Assembly: GCA_009694725.1 (NCBI GenBank)
Contig: SICV01000004.1
Location: 5,630 to 69,629 of the forward strand
Direction: 5' to 3'
From: Candidatus Pacearchaeota archaeon
GTDB taxonomy: Archaea > Nanobdellota > Nanobdellia > Pacearchaeales > GW2011-AR1
DNA: 64,000 nucleotides
Positions within the stretch are counted from its first letter, which is position 1. Each line of letters opens with the position of its first letter. The translations under genes were made by a program, and so were the position numbers. Under the pieces are notes generated by a model that was not told the DNA's origin, searched no databases, and worked only from the letters and a program-made list of their open reading frames with translations. Below are positions 8,181-16,775 of the stretch, in pieces.

Positions 8181-10103
8181 ATGGGTGATGGGCATACGCA
8201 CGGTCCCGTGCACAAACATAGTTTCTACGGTGGTTCTCTCGCAGGTATTGATGAACAATACGGGAGCCCCATTGACCAGAGCATCCCTACCCGATCAATC
8301 GCACTGACAACCAACCCTCAGACTGCAAACCAACTGCGAGAAGTCATGAACCAGCTCAATACTGGTGCACGAGCGATAGAAGTTACGCTTCTCACCCCCC
8401 AAGTCTCAGAAGCAATTCCCAATCAACATTTAGATGAAATTAAACGCCTCAGCAGACTCGTAGGCGCAGAGTTAAACGTGCATGGTGTCCTGGTAGAACC
8501 AACGGGTATCTCAGACCAAGGGCGTTGGGATGAACAAAAGCGCGTCCAAGCCGAACGGCAGATGTGGAACGCCATGGAGCAAGCCCATCGCATCAGCCCC
8601 GATCGAAACGTCGTTGTTACCTTCCACAGCTCAAATGGCCTTCCCGAACCAGAAACGCGTGAAAAAATACAAAATAAAGAGACAGGAAAATGGGAAGAAA
8701 TAGTCACGGGAATTGGAGTGGCTGATGAATTAAATGGCAGTTTCGGTGTGCTCCCTGCAAAAATTAAACCTAACTACTTTACTGATGAACAAGCAACTGC
8801 CCAATCCGAACTTGAAAAGTATAATAAAGAACAATGGTCACAACAAGTAGCAAACACCAATATTGAATTAAATCGCATAGCCCCCTTGATACAAGAATAC
8901 GAAAAATTAGATAAAGATCCTGAAAAAGCAAAAAGCGCTCTCAAACTTTTCAAACTTGCCCGCACCAATCCCGAAGAATATCAATCCATTATCCAGAAAG
9001 AAGAACAAGCAAATAAACAAATTGGGGGAGCTATGAAACAACAAGTACAAGAATTGAATTATGCTGATAGTTTAACAAAAGATTCCTATCGCAGTTTCCA
9101 AAAATTATTCAACGATGCGTATAATGCTGCAGATCGTACCATTGCTTATGAACGGTTTGCAAAAACAGATGAAGAAAAAAAACAATTAGAAAATGCTCAG
9201 AAAGACAAAATCAGTCTTGAAAAATTGAAGAAAGAAATCGCCCCCCTCACCAAAGCAATTGCAGAGAACCCTGAGAAAGTATTCGAACTTGCCGAACATA
9301 TCCAGAAAGGCATGCAGGTCCTCGGGAGTCTTGCAGCACCTCAAATGATTCGTCCGTTACGCCAATTTGCACTCGACAAAAGCTCTGAAACCTTTTCCAA
9401 CCTCGCCCTGCAAGCCTATCAGCAGTATGAAGATAAAGCTCCAGTCATCAGTATCGAAAATCCACCTGTCGGTATGGGTATGAGTAGGGCCCAAGATATC
9501 CGAGATATGGTTGAATTAAGTCAAGAGAAATTTGCAGACAAACTCCAGAAAGAAGAGGGGCTTTCAAAAGAACAGGCCCAAACCCAAGCTCGCAAGCTCA
9601 TTGGAGCAACCTGGGATGTAGGACACATCAATATGCTCAAGAAAAGAGGATACACCGATAAAGAGATTGTAGCCGAAACAGAAATAATTGCAAAACATGT
9701 CAAAAACATCCACATGTCCGATAATTTCGGCCTGGATCACACTGAATTGCCCATGGGCATGGGAAATGTACCTATGCAAGGGCATCTTGCAAAATTAAAA
9801 GCGGAACATGGTAAAAAATTAGATGACATCAAAAAAATCGTCGAAACAGGACATTGGTACACGCATTTCAAAACAACCCCCTTTGCGGAAACACTCTCGC
9901 AATTTGGTTCTCCTATCTATGGCATGAATATGTCCCCCTATTGGAATCAGGGGCATCAACAAGCAGGAGGATACTTCGCAGGATACGGTACAAATCCAGA
10001 TACACATCATTCCATCTACGGAGCAGGCTTCTCATCCCTCCCTGTCGAACTTGGGGGGAACATCCAAGGTAAATCCAGACTTTCTGGTGCTCCGATAGAA
10101 TAA
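8181..10103 (+). CDS. xylose-isomerase-like TIM-barrel (sugar phosphate isomerase / AP endonuclease 2 fold) protein with a ~270-aa coiled-coil insertion
   Basis: N-terminal half: AIEVTLL..., LNVHGVLVEP, VVVTFHSSNG. C-terminal half: VISIENPP, ATWDVGHINM, NIHMSDNFGLDHTELPMGMG. These match the metal-ligand strands of this fold. In between lies a K/E/Q-rich helical region. His-rich N-terminus (MGDGHTHGPVHKH). Confidence 0.55.
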   Translation: MGDGHTHGPVHKHSFYGGSLAGIDEQYGSPIDQSIPTRSIALTTNPQTANQLREVMNQLNTGARAIEVTLLTPQVSEAIPNQHLDEIKRLSRLVGAELNVHGVLVEPTGISDQGRWDEQKRVQAERQMWNAMEQAHRISPDRNVVVTFHSSNGLPEPETREKIQNKETGKWEEIVTGIGVADELNGSFGVLPAKIKPNYFTDEQATAQSELEKYNKEQWSQQVANTNIELNRIAPLIQEYEKLDKDPEKAKSALKLFKLARTNPEEYQSIIQKEEQANKQIGGAMKQQVQELNYADSLTKDSYRSFQKLFNDAYNAADRTIAYERFAKTDEEKKQLENAQKDKISLEKLKKEIAPLTKAIAENPEKVFELAEHIQKGMQVLGSLAAPQMIRPLRQFALDKSSETFSNLALQAYQQYEDKAPVISIENPPVGMGMSRAQDIRDMVELSQEKFADKLQKEEGLSKEQAQTQARKLIGATWDVGHINMLKKRGYTDKEIVAETEIIAKHVKNIHMSDNFGLDHTELPMGMGNVPMQGHLAKLKAEHGKKLDDIKKIVETGHWYTHFKTTPFAETLSQFGSPIYGMNMSPYWNQGHQQAGGYFAGYGTNPDTHHSIYGAGFSSLPVELGGNIQGKSRLSGAPIE

Positions 10104-10305
10104 ACCTTATTGTAGGTTATACTTCTTCGAGTAATGCTCAATCACGTACTCTTCTGAATTCCAAGCACGATCCTCAAGTGGACATCAGATACCAACGAGC
10201 ATACAAATATCTCTTTGCCCCATTCTTCTAAACCACTCACCAAAACAACATCAGATACCCGATAATAAAGAATAACTCCTTAATCCTCCTCGAATAGACG
10301 TGACA

Positions 10306-10313
10306 TTTATATA
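10306..10313 (+). promoter_or_regulatory. TATA box (TTTATATA) for 10336 CDS
   Basis: Starts 30 nt upstream of the ATG at 10336. It lies inside the GTG-extended ORF from the track, which argues for the ATG start. Confidence 0.5.
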
Positions 10314-10335
10314 CCGCAGTATATACTTTCAAAGT

Positions 10336-11163
10336 ATGTCTCCAAAAAAGGTGAAAGAGAGCGCAGGAGAGCGCATGCATCTTGAGAATGAACGAGAAAT
10401 TGCATTAGACTTCGCATCTGCCGTGCATATTAAATTTGATAAAATGGTCAAAGCATCAGTGTTATTTGGCTCACAAGCGAAAAATACGGCAACAGATAAA
10501 TCAGATATTGATATGATTTTTATTATTGATGATGCTGCAATTAACTGGGACATGGAACTCATTGCCTGGTATCGTGAAGAACTCGGCAAATTAATCGCAG
10601 AAAAGAATTATAACAAAGAATTGCACATTAACACCGTAAAAATGACCACCTGGTGGCAAGATTTATTGCGAGGGGATCCAGTAGTAATAAACATCATTCG
10701 CTATGGGGATGTGCTCATTGATTCAGGGGGCGTCTTTACGCCACTCAAAGCACTGCTCCAACAAGGAAAAATAAAATCGACAGTTGAATCAGTATATGCT
10801 GCACTCAGCAGAGCTCCAACACATCTTGTACGCAGTAAAGCATCAAAAATGGCTGCAATAGAGGGAGTGTATTGGTGTATGGTGGATGCAGCACAAGCAG
10901 CATTAATCACCGTGGGTAAACTCCCTCCTAGTCCCGAACATATTCCAATGATGCTCAAAGAAACCTTTGTCGATCAAGGAATGCTCAACATGAAAGCAGT
11001 CACTGCCATGCGCGACCTCTACGTGCTTCATAAGGGCATTGCACACGCAGAAATTACTGAAATAAAGGGGAAAGATATTGATGTCTGGCAAGAAACGGCA
11101 GATAAATTCCTCTCTGATATGACTGACATCATTGATAAAATTTTAGAACAAAATAAGAAATAA
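10336..11163 (+). CDS. Pol-beta superfamily nucleotidyltransferase fused to a HEPN-like helical domain
   Basis: NTase signature VLFGSQAKNTATDKSDIDMIFIIDD. The C-terminal all-helical region carries an R-x5-H word (MRDLYVLHKG). Start chosen by TATA spacing. Confidence 0.65.
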   Translation: MSPKKVKESAGERMHLENEREIALDFASAVHIKFDKMVKASVLFGSQAKNTATDKSDIDMIFIIDDAAINWDMELIAWYREELGKLIAEKNYNKELHINTVKMTTWWQDLLRGDPVVINIIRYGDVLIDSGGVFTPLKALLQQGKIKSTVESVYAALSRAPTHLVRSKASKMAAIEGVYWCMVDAAQAALITVGKLPPSPEHIPMMLKETFVDQGMLNMKAVTAMRDLYVLHKGIAHAEITEIKGKDIDVWQETADKFLSDMTDIIDKILEQNKK

Positions 11164-11302
11164 ACTCTCCCTGACTCTGCCCTTACCTAATAAGCTAAAA
11201 AAAAAGCCTTTGTTCTGAACCCCCTCCAGAACGTACATCAGATACTAAGGTATGTATGAATAACAATTCAATTGTATACTATCCTTAAAAAAAAATAAAA
11301 AA

Positions 11303-12145
11303 TTACTTCAACGAACTATACAGTAAGCTACGTGCAAGGTTAAAGTCGTCGGTCTTGCCCGCAACCATTGGTCTCAAAGAGCCTTCAACATACCCGCGAA
11401 GTGTTTTACCGTCTTTCACACCAGTTTCAATATGTGCTTTATATTTTGTATCAAGTTCTGCAAGCTGCGCTTTAACGCCGTCTGCAATAACTGTATCATA
11501 CGGCATACGCTTGACGGCTTGGGCAACAAGATTACCAATCATTTGGATATTGTCATGGCTCAATTTTCCTTCTTGCTTCAAAGCAAGCATGCGTTCTTGC
11601 GCTTTCACACCAGCAGCTTTTTCAGTCATTTCTTGAATAATCGGTTGATCTTCTTGAGTTAATTTCTTATTCTTCACACGATCAGCAAATGCAACATAGG
11701 CATTCTTTTGACCTTGTAAGGAAGCATAGGTATTCGCCCAGGTTTGATACGCTTTATCCGAATGTTTCAAATAAGGCGCCCCTTCTTCATTCCCGCTAAA
11801 TGCAAGTTTTTCAAGTTTGTCTCCAGAAAGACCGCCCACTAATTCTTCAAGTCCGCCCTGTTCACTTAACACATTAGAAGCGTACTGTATCGTAACTGAA
11901 GAGTGTGCATTCAGATAGTTCTTTGCATCATCAAGAGCAACACCAGAGGCCTGTGCCGGAAGACCAGGAATCTGTAAAGCGCGAGCAGCAGTATATGCTT
12001 TGGTTTGCACTTTCTTCAAAAGTCCATCTTTCTGAGGGGTTCTGCTTTCAGCATCATACTCTTTGAGTAATTGGGCTGTTCCTTCTACATCACTCATAAA
12101 GCCGGTGAACTCTTTCTTTAGATCTCTTTGAGGAGCGTTTGTCAT
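11303..12145 (-). CDS. hypothetical alpha-helical protein, 280 aa
   Basis: Clean ORF with a TATA-like box (plus-strand 12167-12176) about 30 nt upstream of the ATG. No motif recognised. Confidence 0.65.
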   Translation of the reverse strand: MTNAPQRDLKKEFTGFMSDVEGTAQLLKEYDAESRTPQKDGLLKKVQTKAYTAARALQIPGLPAQASGVALDDAKNYLNAHSSVTIQYASNVLSEQGGLEELVGGLSGDKLEKLAFSGNEEGAPYLKHSDKAYQTWANTYASLQGQKNAYVAFADRVKNKKLTQEDQPIIQEMTEKAAGVKAQERMLALKQEGKLSHDNIQMIGNLVAQAVKRMPYDTVIADGVKAQLAELDTKYKAHIETGVKDGKTLRGYVEGSLRPMVAGKTDDFNLARSLLYSSLK

Positions 12146-12296
12146 AGTTTCTCTACTCTCTACCCCTATTTAAACCTTTCTATAATGTAGTATCTATCTA
12201 GTAGTAACATAAGGGATAGGTTTAAAACAATCCCAAAGAACACGGACTATGCGTAAAAAAAGAACACCCTATGCAATTACAGGAATAAAAATCTAA

Positions 12297-12833
12297 CTAA
12301 CCTAATTTCTGAAACACAATTCTCGTTTTACCTGGTAACTTAGAACGTACTTGCCCCAAAGCATCACGAGCAACACGGGCAAGGTCTTCAGTAGTCGTTG
12401 TAATCAAAAATAAGATTTTACCCGCAGGAACACGAGCCATACGTCCAATAATAATACCATACGACTGCGTCATTCCTGTACTGATACGGTCTGCTCCCGC
12501 TCCTGCAGCGGTCTTATTTTCTCGAATAAAATGATGGGGGAAAATCTTCACAGCCATATAATAGTTCCCCGTAGCTTTTTCATCCATGGTCTTAGTAAGC
12601 GCCTGACGAGCAGCTTCAATAGCTGTATCTCTAATTTGTACTTGCTGTTCAGCAAATAAGCCAACACCAAAATGATGATTACCTAATCGATGTTCTTTCT
12701 GATTCCCTAAATGAAATTTAACCACTTTGTGAGTTGGAACTGTCTTAATATAGGATTTTCCTTTTTGACGAGAAATACGCGTAAAAGGTCGCGATTTCAT
12801 CTTAGAATAGGCAGATGCTTTACGAATCGCCAT
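12297..12833 (-). CDS. rpl10e: 50S ribosomal protein L10e (uL16)
   Basis: MAIRKASAYSKMKSRPFTRISR...KTVP..KVVKFHLGN is typical of L10e. Its start overlaps the L35Ae stop (TAATG). Confidence 0.95.
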   Translation of the reverse strand: MAIRKASAYSKMKSRPFTRISRQKGKSYIKTVPTHKVVKFHLGNQKEHRLGNHHFGVGLFAEQQVQIRDTAIEAARQALTKTMDEKATGNYYMAVKIFPHHFIRENKTAAGAGADRISTGMTQSYGIIIGRMARVPAGKILFLITTTTEDLARVARDALGQVRSKLPGKTRIVFQKLG

Positions 12834-13087
12834 TACAGAACCTCAACAGGAGTAGTCATTGCTTGACCCGGCAATCCCGATTCAAAAATAGCCCGAACAA
12901 GTCCCTTGGTACCATGTGCATCGCTCACCTTTCCTTTGATAATTTTACCGGCGCTTGATTTCCAGACAACAATCTTTCCAGCAGCTTTCTGCGCTTCAAC
13001 ACGATTCTGAAAACCAAGATCTAAGAGATAATGCTTTTCTTTAATACGATGTCTGCTTCGACGAAACTGTACAACGATTCCTTTCAT
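12833..13087 (-). CDS. rpl35ae: 50S ribosomal protein L35Ae (eL33)
   Basis: MKGIVVQFRRSRH...GKIIKGKVSDAHGTKGLVRAIFESGLPGQA pattern. TATA-like GTTTAAAAAG about 30 nt upstream. Confidence 0.9.
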   Translation of the reverse strand: MKGIVVQFRRSRHRIKEKHYLLDLGFQNRVEAQKAAGKIVVWKSSAGKIIKGKVSDAHGTKGLVRAIFESGLPGQAMTTPVEVL

Positions 13088-13418
13088 AATTCTTCTTCAG
13101 CAAAACCCCTTTTTAAACCTTACAGCTCTCAACAGCAAGGTATCCAAGGCCCTGTCGACGAAGCATATTGCTGTGTGTTGCTCGCATTATTTGAACCGCG
13201 AATCGAGCACTCGAAACATCCACCCCCAATTCCTTTGCAAATCCCAGCGTGAAAGCACAAGAAGGGTTATATGAACCCCTGCGCTCGAGAATATTCCAAA
13301 GCTTAAGGTGCAAATGCTTCTGCGTCTTTACGCGATAATGATTCAGCCATATCTTAAAAAAAAACTGCTATTTAAAGATACTAGATACAAAAACACTTAA
13401 TACCAGAAGTAACAATGC

Positions 13419-13637
13419 TCATTCAAGTAAACGTGTAAGTCCCTGAACTGCCCCTGCAAGACTTCCCAATTGATACATACCATAGACTAAATACAATCCT
13501 TGTTGTCGATGCGTAAAATCGTTAGGGCCTCTACCTGCTTGATCTTCTCGATACGCACGATACAAATTAAATCCAATACCCATACAACAAGGTAACCATT
13601 CGATTCCCTGCACTACTCGATGAGGTGAAGAAGACAT
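13419..13637 (-). CDS. small hypothetical protein, 72 aa
   Basis: ATG sits 29 nt downstream of a TTTTTATA box (plus-strand 13659-13666), matching the window-wide leaderless spacing. No motif recognised. Confidence 0.4.
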   Translation of the reverse strand: MSSSPHRVVQGIEWLPCCMGIGFNLYRAYREDQAGRGPNDFTHRQQGLYLVYGMYQLGSLAGAVQGLTRLLE

Positions 13638-13683
13638 AGTGATTCACAGTAACGATTCTATAAAAAGATATCCTAAACACGAT

Positions 13684-13787
13684 GTGCCACCATGTCCTTT
13701 AGGACATGGTTTGAAACAGGCACTCGTGTTTTGGATGCTCAAGGAACCACCACACTCTAAGGGGTGTGGTTTTCTATCAAGTTCCTT
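13684..13787. other. two adjacent nested-hairpin RNA/DNA structures (candidate 3' UTR element, terminator or small ncRNA)
   Basis: Element 1: GTGCC[ACCATGTCC-TTTA-GGACATGGT]TTGAAACA-GGCAC. Element 2: AAGGAAC-CA[CCACAC-TCTAAGGG-GTGTGG]TTTTCTATCAA-GTTCCTT. Both lie immediately downstream of the stop of the 13795-15582 gene. Confidence 0.35.
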
Positions 13788-13794
13788 GACATAG

Positions 13795-15582
13795 TTACAA
13801 CTCCAATTCAAAAGTACCCAATACTTTTTGTAACGTCGCAAATAAGCTCCCTGAGATCTTCGTACTCAATTTTCCTTTATTCTCGGCAAGGGCCTTTTCA
13901 AATGCATCCTTGGTACTTGGTACCAGTTTATCACCCTTAATTTCCTGAATAGCTCTCCCCTCAATCATAAAATTCTGAGTACCCAACAAGACAAGTTCAG
14001 CTTTTCGTCCCTGATAAGAAATTTGCATCAATCCTTTCTCAGCACCAATCAAATCAGCACGCTGGGCATATTCAGTCAAGGCAGCAATCAACTCAAAGGC
14101 ATCTTTCTTTACATTGTCAATTTCCTTGGCAGCCATCTTTCCCGAGGAAATAATCTTCTGTGCTTTGACCAGCGCAGCCAAGACACGCGTATAGCGCGGA
14201 GACAACTTCCCTTTCTTCACCATCTCTTTCTCAAACCGCGTAACCAAGACGGCTTGTTTATGCTTCCCAAAGAAGGTCTCTAACAGCGTAAACACCTGAG
14301 CATATACTTCTTTCGCACTTCGTTCATGCATACGTTGTTCTAATACAGTACGCATTGCTTTCAATCGTATATTATATGCTAGACATTCTTTCAAGAACAA
14401 ATCAACCTGCGTACCGGAAAATTCTTTCAATTTCCCATATTCATATTGCTTAAACAAGAACACTGCCTTTTCAACTAACTTCAAATCCTGGATACTCATA
14501 ACTTTTTCTCGGTGGATTAAAATTTTCTTCACTTCCTCAACCATCGTCTTCGGAACCGGGGGAGCTTCCCCTGCTAACATCATCATAGCTTGTGTCGGTG
14601 TAACCACCCCATAATAAATATCGACCATCGAATCTAAGAGTCTTCGTTTAATGAACTCTTTCGTCTGATCTCCTTGCTTCACATACATATCAATCGCTTC
14701 AGGACTCGGTTTAATCTTCCCCATTTTAAGCAACAATTTCCACGGAATAAACGTTCCTCGATCATATAACGGAACACCGTCACGAATAAACGTAAAGGCG
14801 ACCGGCTCCGCATCTTTCACTCGCTGCCAGAAATCAGTCAAAAGCCAGACTTGCACATTAAGCGGATTCTTAACGCCTGCCAGGGCAGTTGCTTCTTTAA
14901 TATACTCGTGAATAATCCCTCTGAGTCGTTCCATTAATTCAACACGATTCATTCTCTTCACATCAGTATCATCAATCACGACAAAACAATCAACATCCGA
15001 ATCCTTGCCAGCCGTCCCACGTACTAAACTCCCCCCAATTACATAACTGGCGATATACTTATCAAATTTACGCAGAACCATCGTTTTATGAATTGCAGCC
15101 ATGCGCAAGGCCCCCAAGAAACCATTGTCTGCAATCGGAAGTCCCTGTGCAACTGCATCTAATAAATCAAATTTACTATCTAACCCATAATTAAAGACAT
15201 CGACGGGTGTTTTCACATGCACCCAGAAATTTTCTTTAGTTCCTTTAGCAATTTCTACCAATACGGGCTTAATTTTAGGAATATGTTTGAAGTCATCTTC
15301 AGGAATAACTATTACAACATGTAACGGCCTACTTTGTATAATTTCAGGTGCAAGTAATTCATCTTCTTCAATGAGCGGATACGCAGAAGGGGGCAACAAC
15401 ACGATAGCCAAGGTCTGTTTATACTTCTTCAACACTTCTTTCTTAAACGCTTCAAACTTTGGTTTCAATGCATCCAAATCCAATTTGAGAGGTTCAACAG
15501 GAGCTTTCGGCATCAGCATACTATTCGGTACGCGAGGCATACCTTGCATTCCAGGAATCTTCGATAACGGAGAATCACCCAT
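13795..15582 (-). CDS. large nucleotidyltransferase-domain protein (595 aa), paralog of 10336-11163
   Basis: NTase signature VIGGSLVRGTAGKDSDVDCFVVIDD. The downstream block FIPWKLLLKMGKIKPSPEAI parallels FTPLKALLQQGKIKSTVESV of the 275-aa paralog. It has an extra N-terminal ~180 aa and a long helical C-terminus. Confidence 0.7.
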   Translation of the reverse strand: MGDSPLSKIPGMQGMPRVPNSMLMPKAPVEPLKLDLDALKPKFEAFKKEVLKKYKQTLAIVLLPPSAYPLIEEDELLAPEIIQSRPLHVVIVIPEDDFKHIPKIKPVLVEIAKGTKENFWVHVKTPVDVFNYGLDSKFDLLDAVAQGLPIADNGFLGALRMAAIHKTMVLRKFDKYIASYVIGGSLVRGTAGKDSDVDCFVVIDDTDVKRMNRVELMERLRGIIHEYIKEATALAGVKNPLNVQVWLLTDFWQRVKDAEPVAFTFIRDGVPLYDRGTFIPWKLLLKMGKIKPSPEAIDMYVKQGDQTKEFIKRRLLDSMVDIYYGVVTPTQAMMMLAGEAPPVPKTMVEEVKKILIHREKVMSIQDLKLVEKAVFLFKQYEYGKLKEFSGTQVDLFLKECLAYNIRLKAMRTVLEQRMHERSAKEVYAQVFTLLETFFGKHKQAVLVTRFEKEMVKKGKLSPRYTRVLAALVKAQKIISSGKMAAKEIDNVKKDAFELIAALTEYAQRADLIGAEKGLMQISYQGRKAELVLLGTQNFMIEGRAIQEIKGDKLVPSTKDAFEKALAENKGKLSTKISGSLFATLQKVLGTFELEL

Positions 15583-15647
15583 AGTGTAGATACATAATTT
15601 TGTTATTTAAAGGTATTCTTTATATAAGCTATATACCCTAAGAGGGA

Positions 15648-16175
15648 ATGTTCTTCAAAAAATATCTCCCTGAATTTGTGTATGGGGGTACAGATGGAGC
15701 AATTACCACGTTCGCAGTTGTTGCCGGAGCACAAGGGGCCCATCTTTCTACCTCTATCATCCTTATTCTAGGCTGTGCCAATCTCATTGCAGATGGGTTT
15801 TCAATGGCGACTGCAAGTTATCTCTCAACAAAATCACAAGTCGATCTCCATCGTTATCGAACTGACTTTAAAGACTATAAGCGTCAAGGCAAACATCCTC
15901 TGAAAACGGGGTTAGCAACATTTGGAGCATTTATAGGGATAGGCCTTATCCCTCTTCTTTCATTTCTAGCTGCACTCGCGTTCCCCTATCCTGAAACAAC
16001 CCAATTTGTCCACTCATTTCTACTCACTGGTCTTGCCCTTGCATTTGTGGGCTTTGCAAAAGGAGAAATCGTCAAAAAACATCCACTATATGCCGCGCTC
16101 GAAACACTCTTAATCGGGGGCATCGCCGCAGGACTCGCATACGGCTTCGGAGCGTTCATCCAAACAATAGTATAA
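15648..16175 (+). CDS. VIT1/CCC1-family iron/manganese transporter
   Basis: YGGTDGAITTFAVVAGAQGA plus ADGFSMA motifs and a multi-TM profile. TATA box TTTATATA at 15619-15626, 29 nt upstream. Confidence 0.85.
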   Translation: MFFKKYLPEFVYGGTDGAITTFAVVAGAQGAHLSTSIILILGCANLIADGFSMATASYLSTKSQVDLHRYRTDFKDYKRQGKHPLKTGLATFGAFIGIGLIPLLSFLAALAFPYPETTQFVHSFLLTGLALAFVGFAKGEIVKKHPLYAALETLLIGGIAAGLAYGFGAFIQTIV

Positions 16176-16200
16176 AAACCTCAAATATAATCTAACCCTC

Positions 16201-16710
16201 ATGGAAAAAGAAGACTCTAAAATAAAACATGATTTCGCCCGCTTTGTGTTTAGTACCATAAGCGATCAAATCAAACAAGCAGATACCAAAGCATTTGGAG
16301 TGTTAGGCATACTCGGAGTACTGACTGCTGCATTACTCAGCAGATTGGCAAGTATCAAATCAGCAACCGGAATAACCACAACCTGGATAGTATTATTTAT
16401 CATCTCTGCACTACTTATTGTTTTTGCACTTAAATTAGTCGTGCGCGTGGTCTTTCCTCGTCTTGCAACAAACAAAAGTAATGAAAAAAGTATCCTTTAT
16501 TTCCGAGATATCATCAACCAACCAAAAGCGCACTATGTACAAATTGCACAAAGCTATTCCCACGAAGGACTGCTTACTTCACTCTACCAAGATACCCATA
16601 ATCAGGCAGGAATTGCAGATGCAAAATTTAGTACCCTCCGAAATGCACTGATTATGGCTGTTATCACCTTTGCCTGGACAATTACGATTATTCTCCTCTC
16701 CTATAACTAA
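16201..16710 (+). CDS. three-TM protein resembling the Pycsar-effector TM domain (PycTM/DUF5706-like), stand-alone
   Basis: N-terminal helix with QIKQADTKAFGVLGILG, a second TM (WIVLFIISALLIVFAL), an ILYFRDI word and a C-terminal TM (ALIMAVITFAWTITIILL). The resemblance is from memory of the family pattern. Confidence 0.4.
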   Translation: MEKEDSKIKHDFARFVFSTISDQIKQADTKAFGVLGILGVLTAALLSRLASIKSATGITTTWIVLFIISALLIVFALKLVVRVVFPRLATNKSNEKSILYFRDIINQPKAHYVQIAQSYSHEGLLTSLYQDTHNQAGIADAKFSTLRNALIMAVITFAWTITIILLSYN

Positions 16711-16775
16711 CGACTATTTCAGAAACAGTTCGAATCATTTCTAACATTTAAATACCTCAAAAGCAAACAAAAGAA

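Noticed and set aside
13113-13313. 66-aa TTG-initiated ORF with a weak HTH-like stretch, and a possible frameshifted upstream ATG (MAESLSRKDAEAFAP*)
   Set aside because: It has a non-ATG start, its 3' end runs into the L35Ae promoter, and no family was recognised. The evidence is insufficient for either a gene or a pseudogene call.
13644-13841. 65-aa minus-strand ORF
   Set aside because: It overlaps the 3' end of the NTase gene and the two nested hairpins. It has no promoter or SD.
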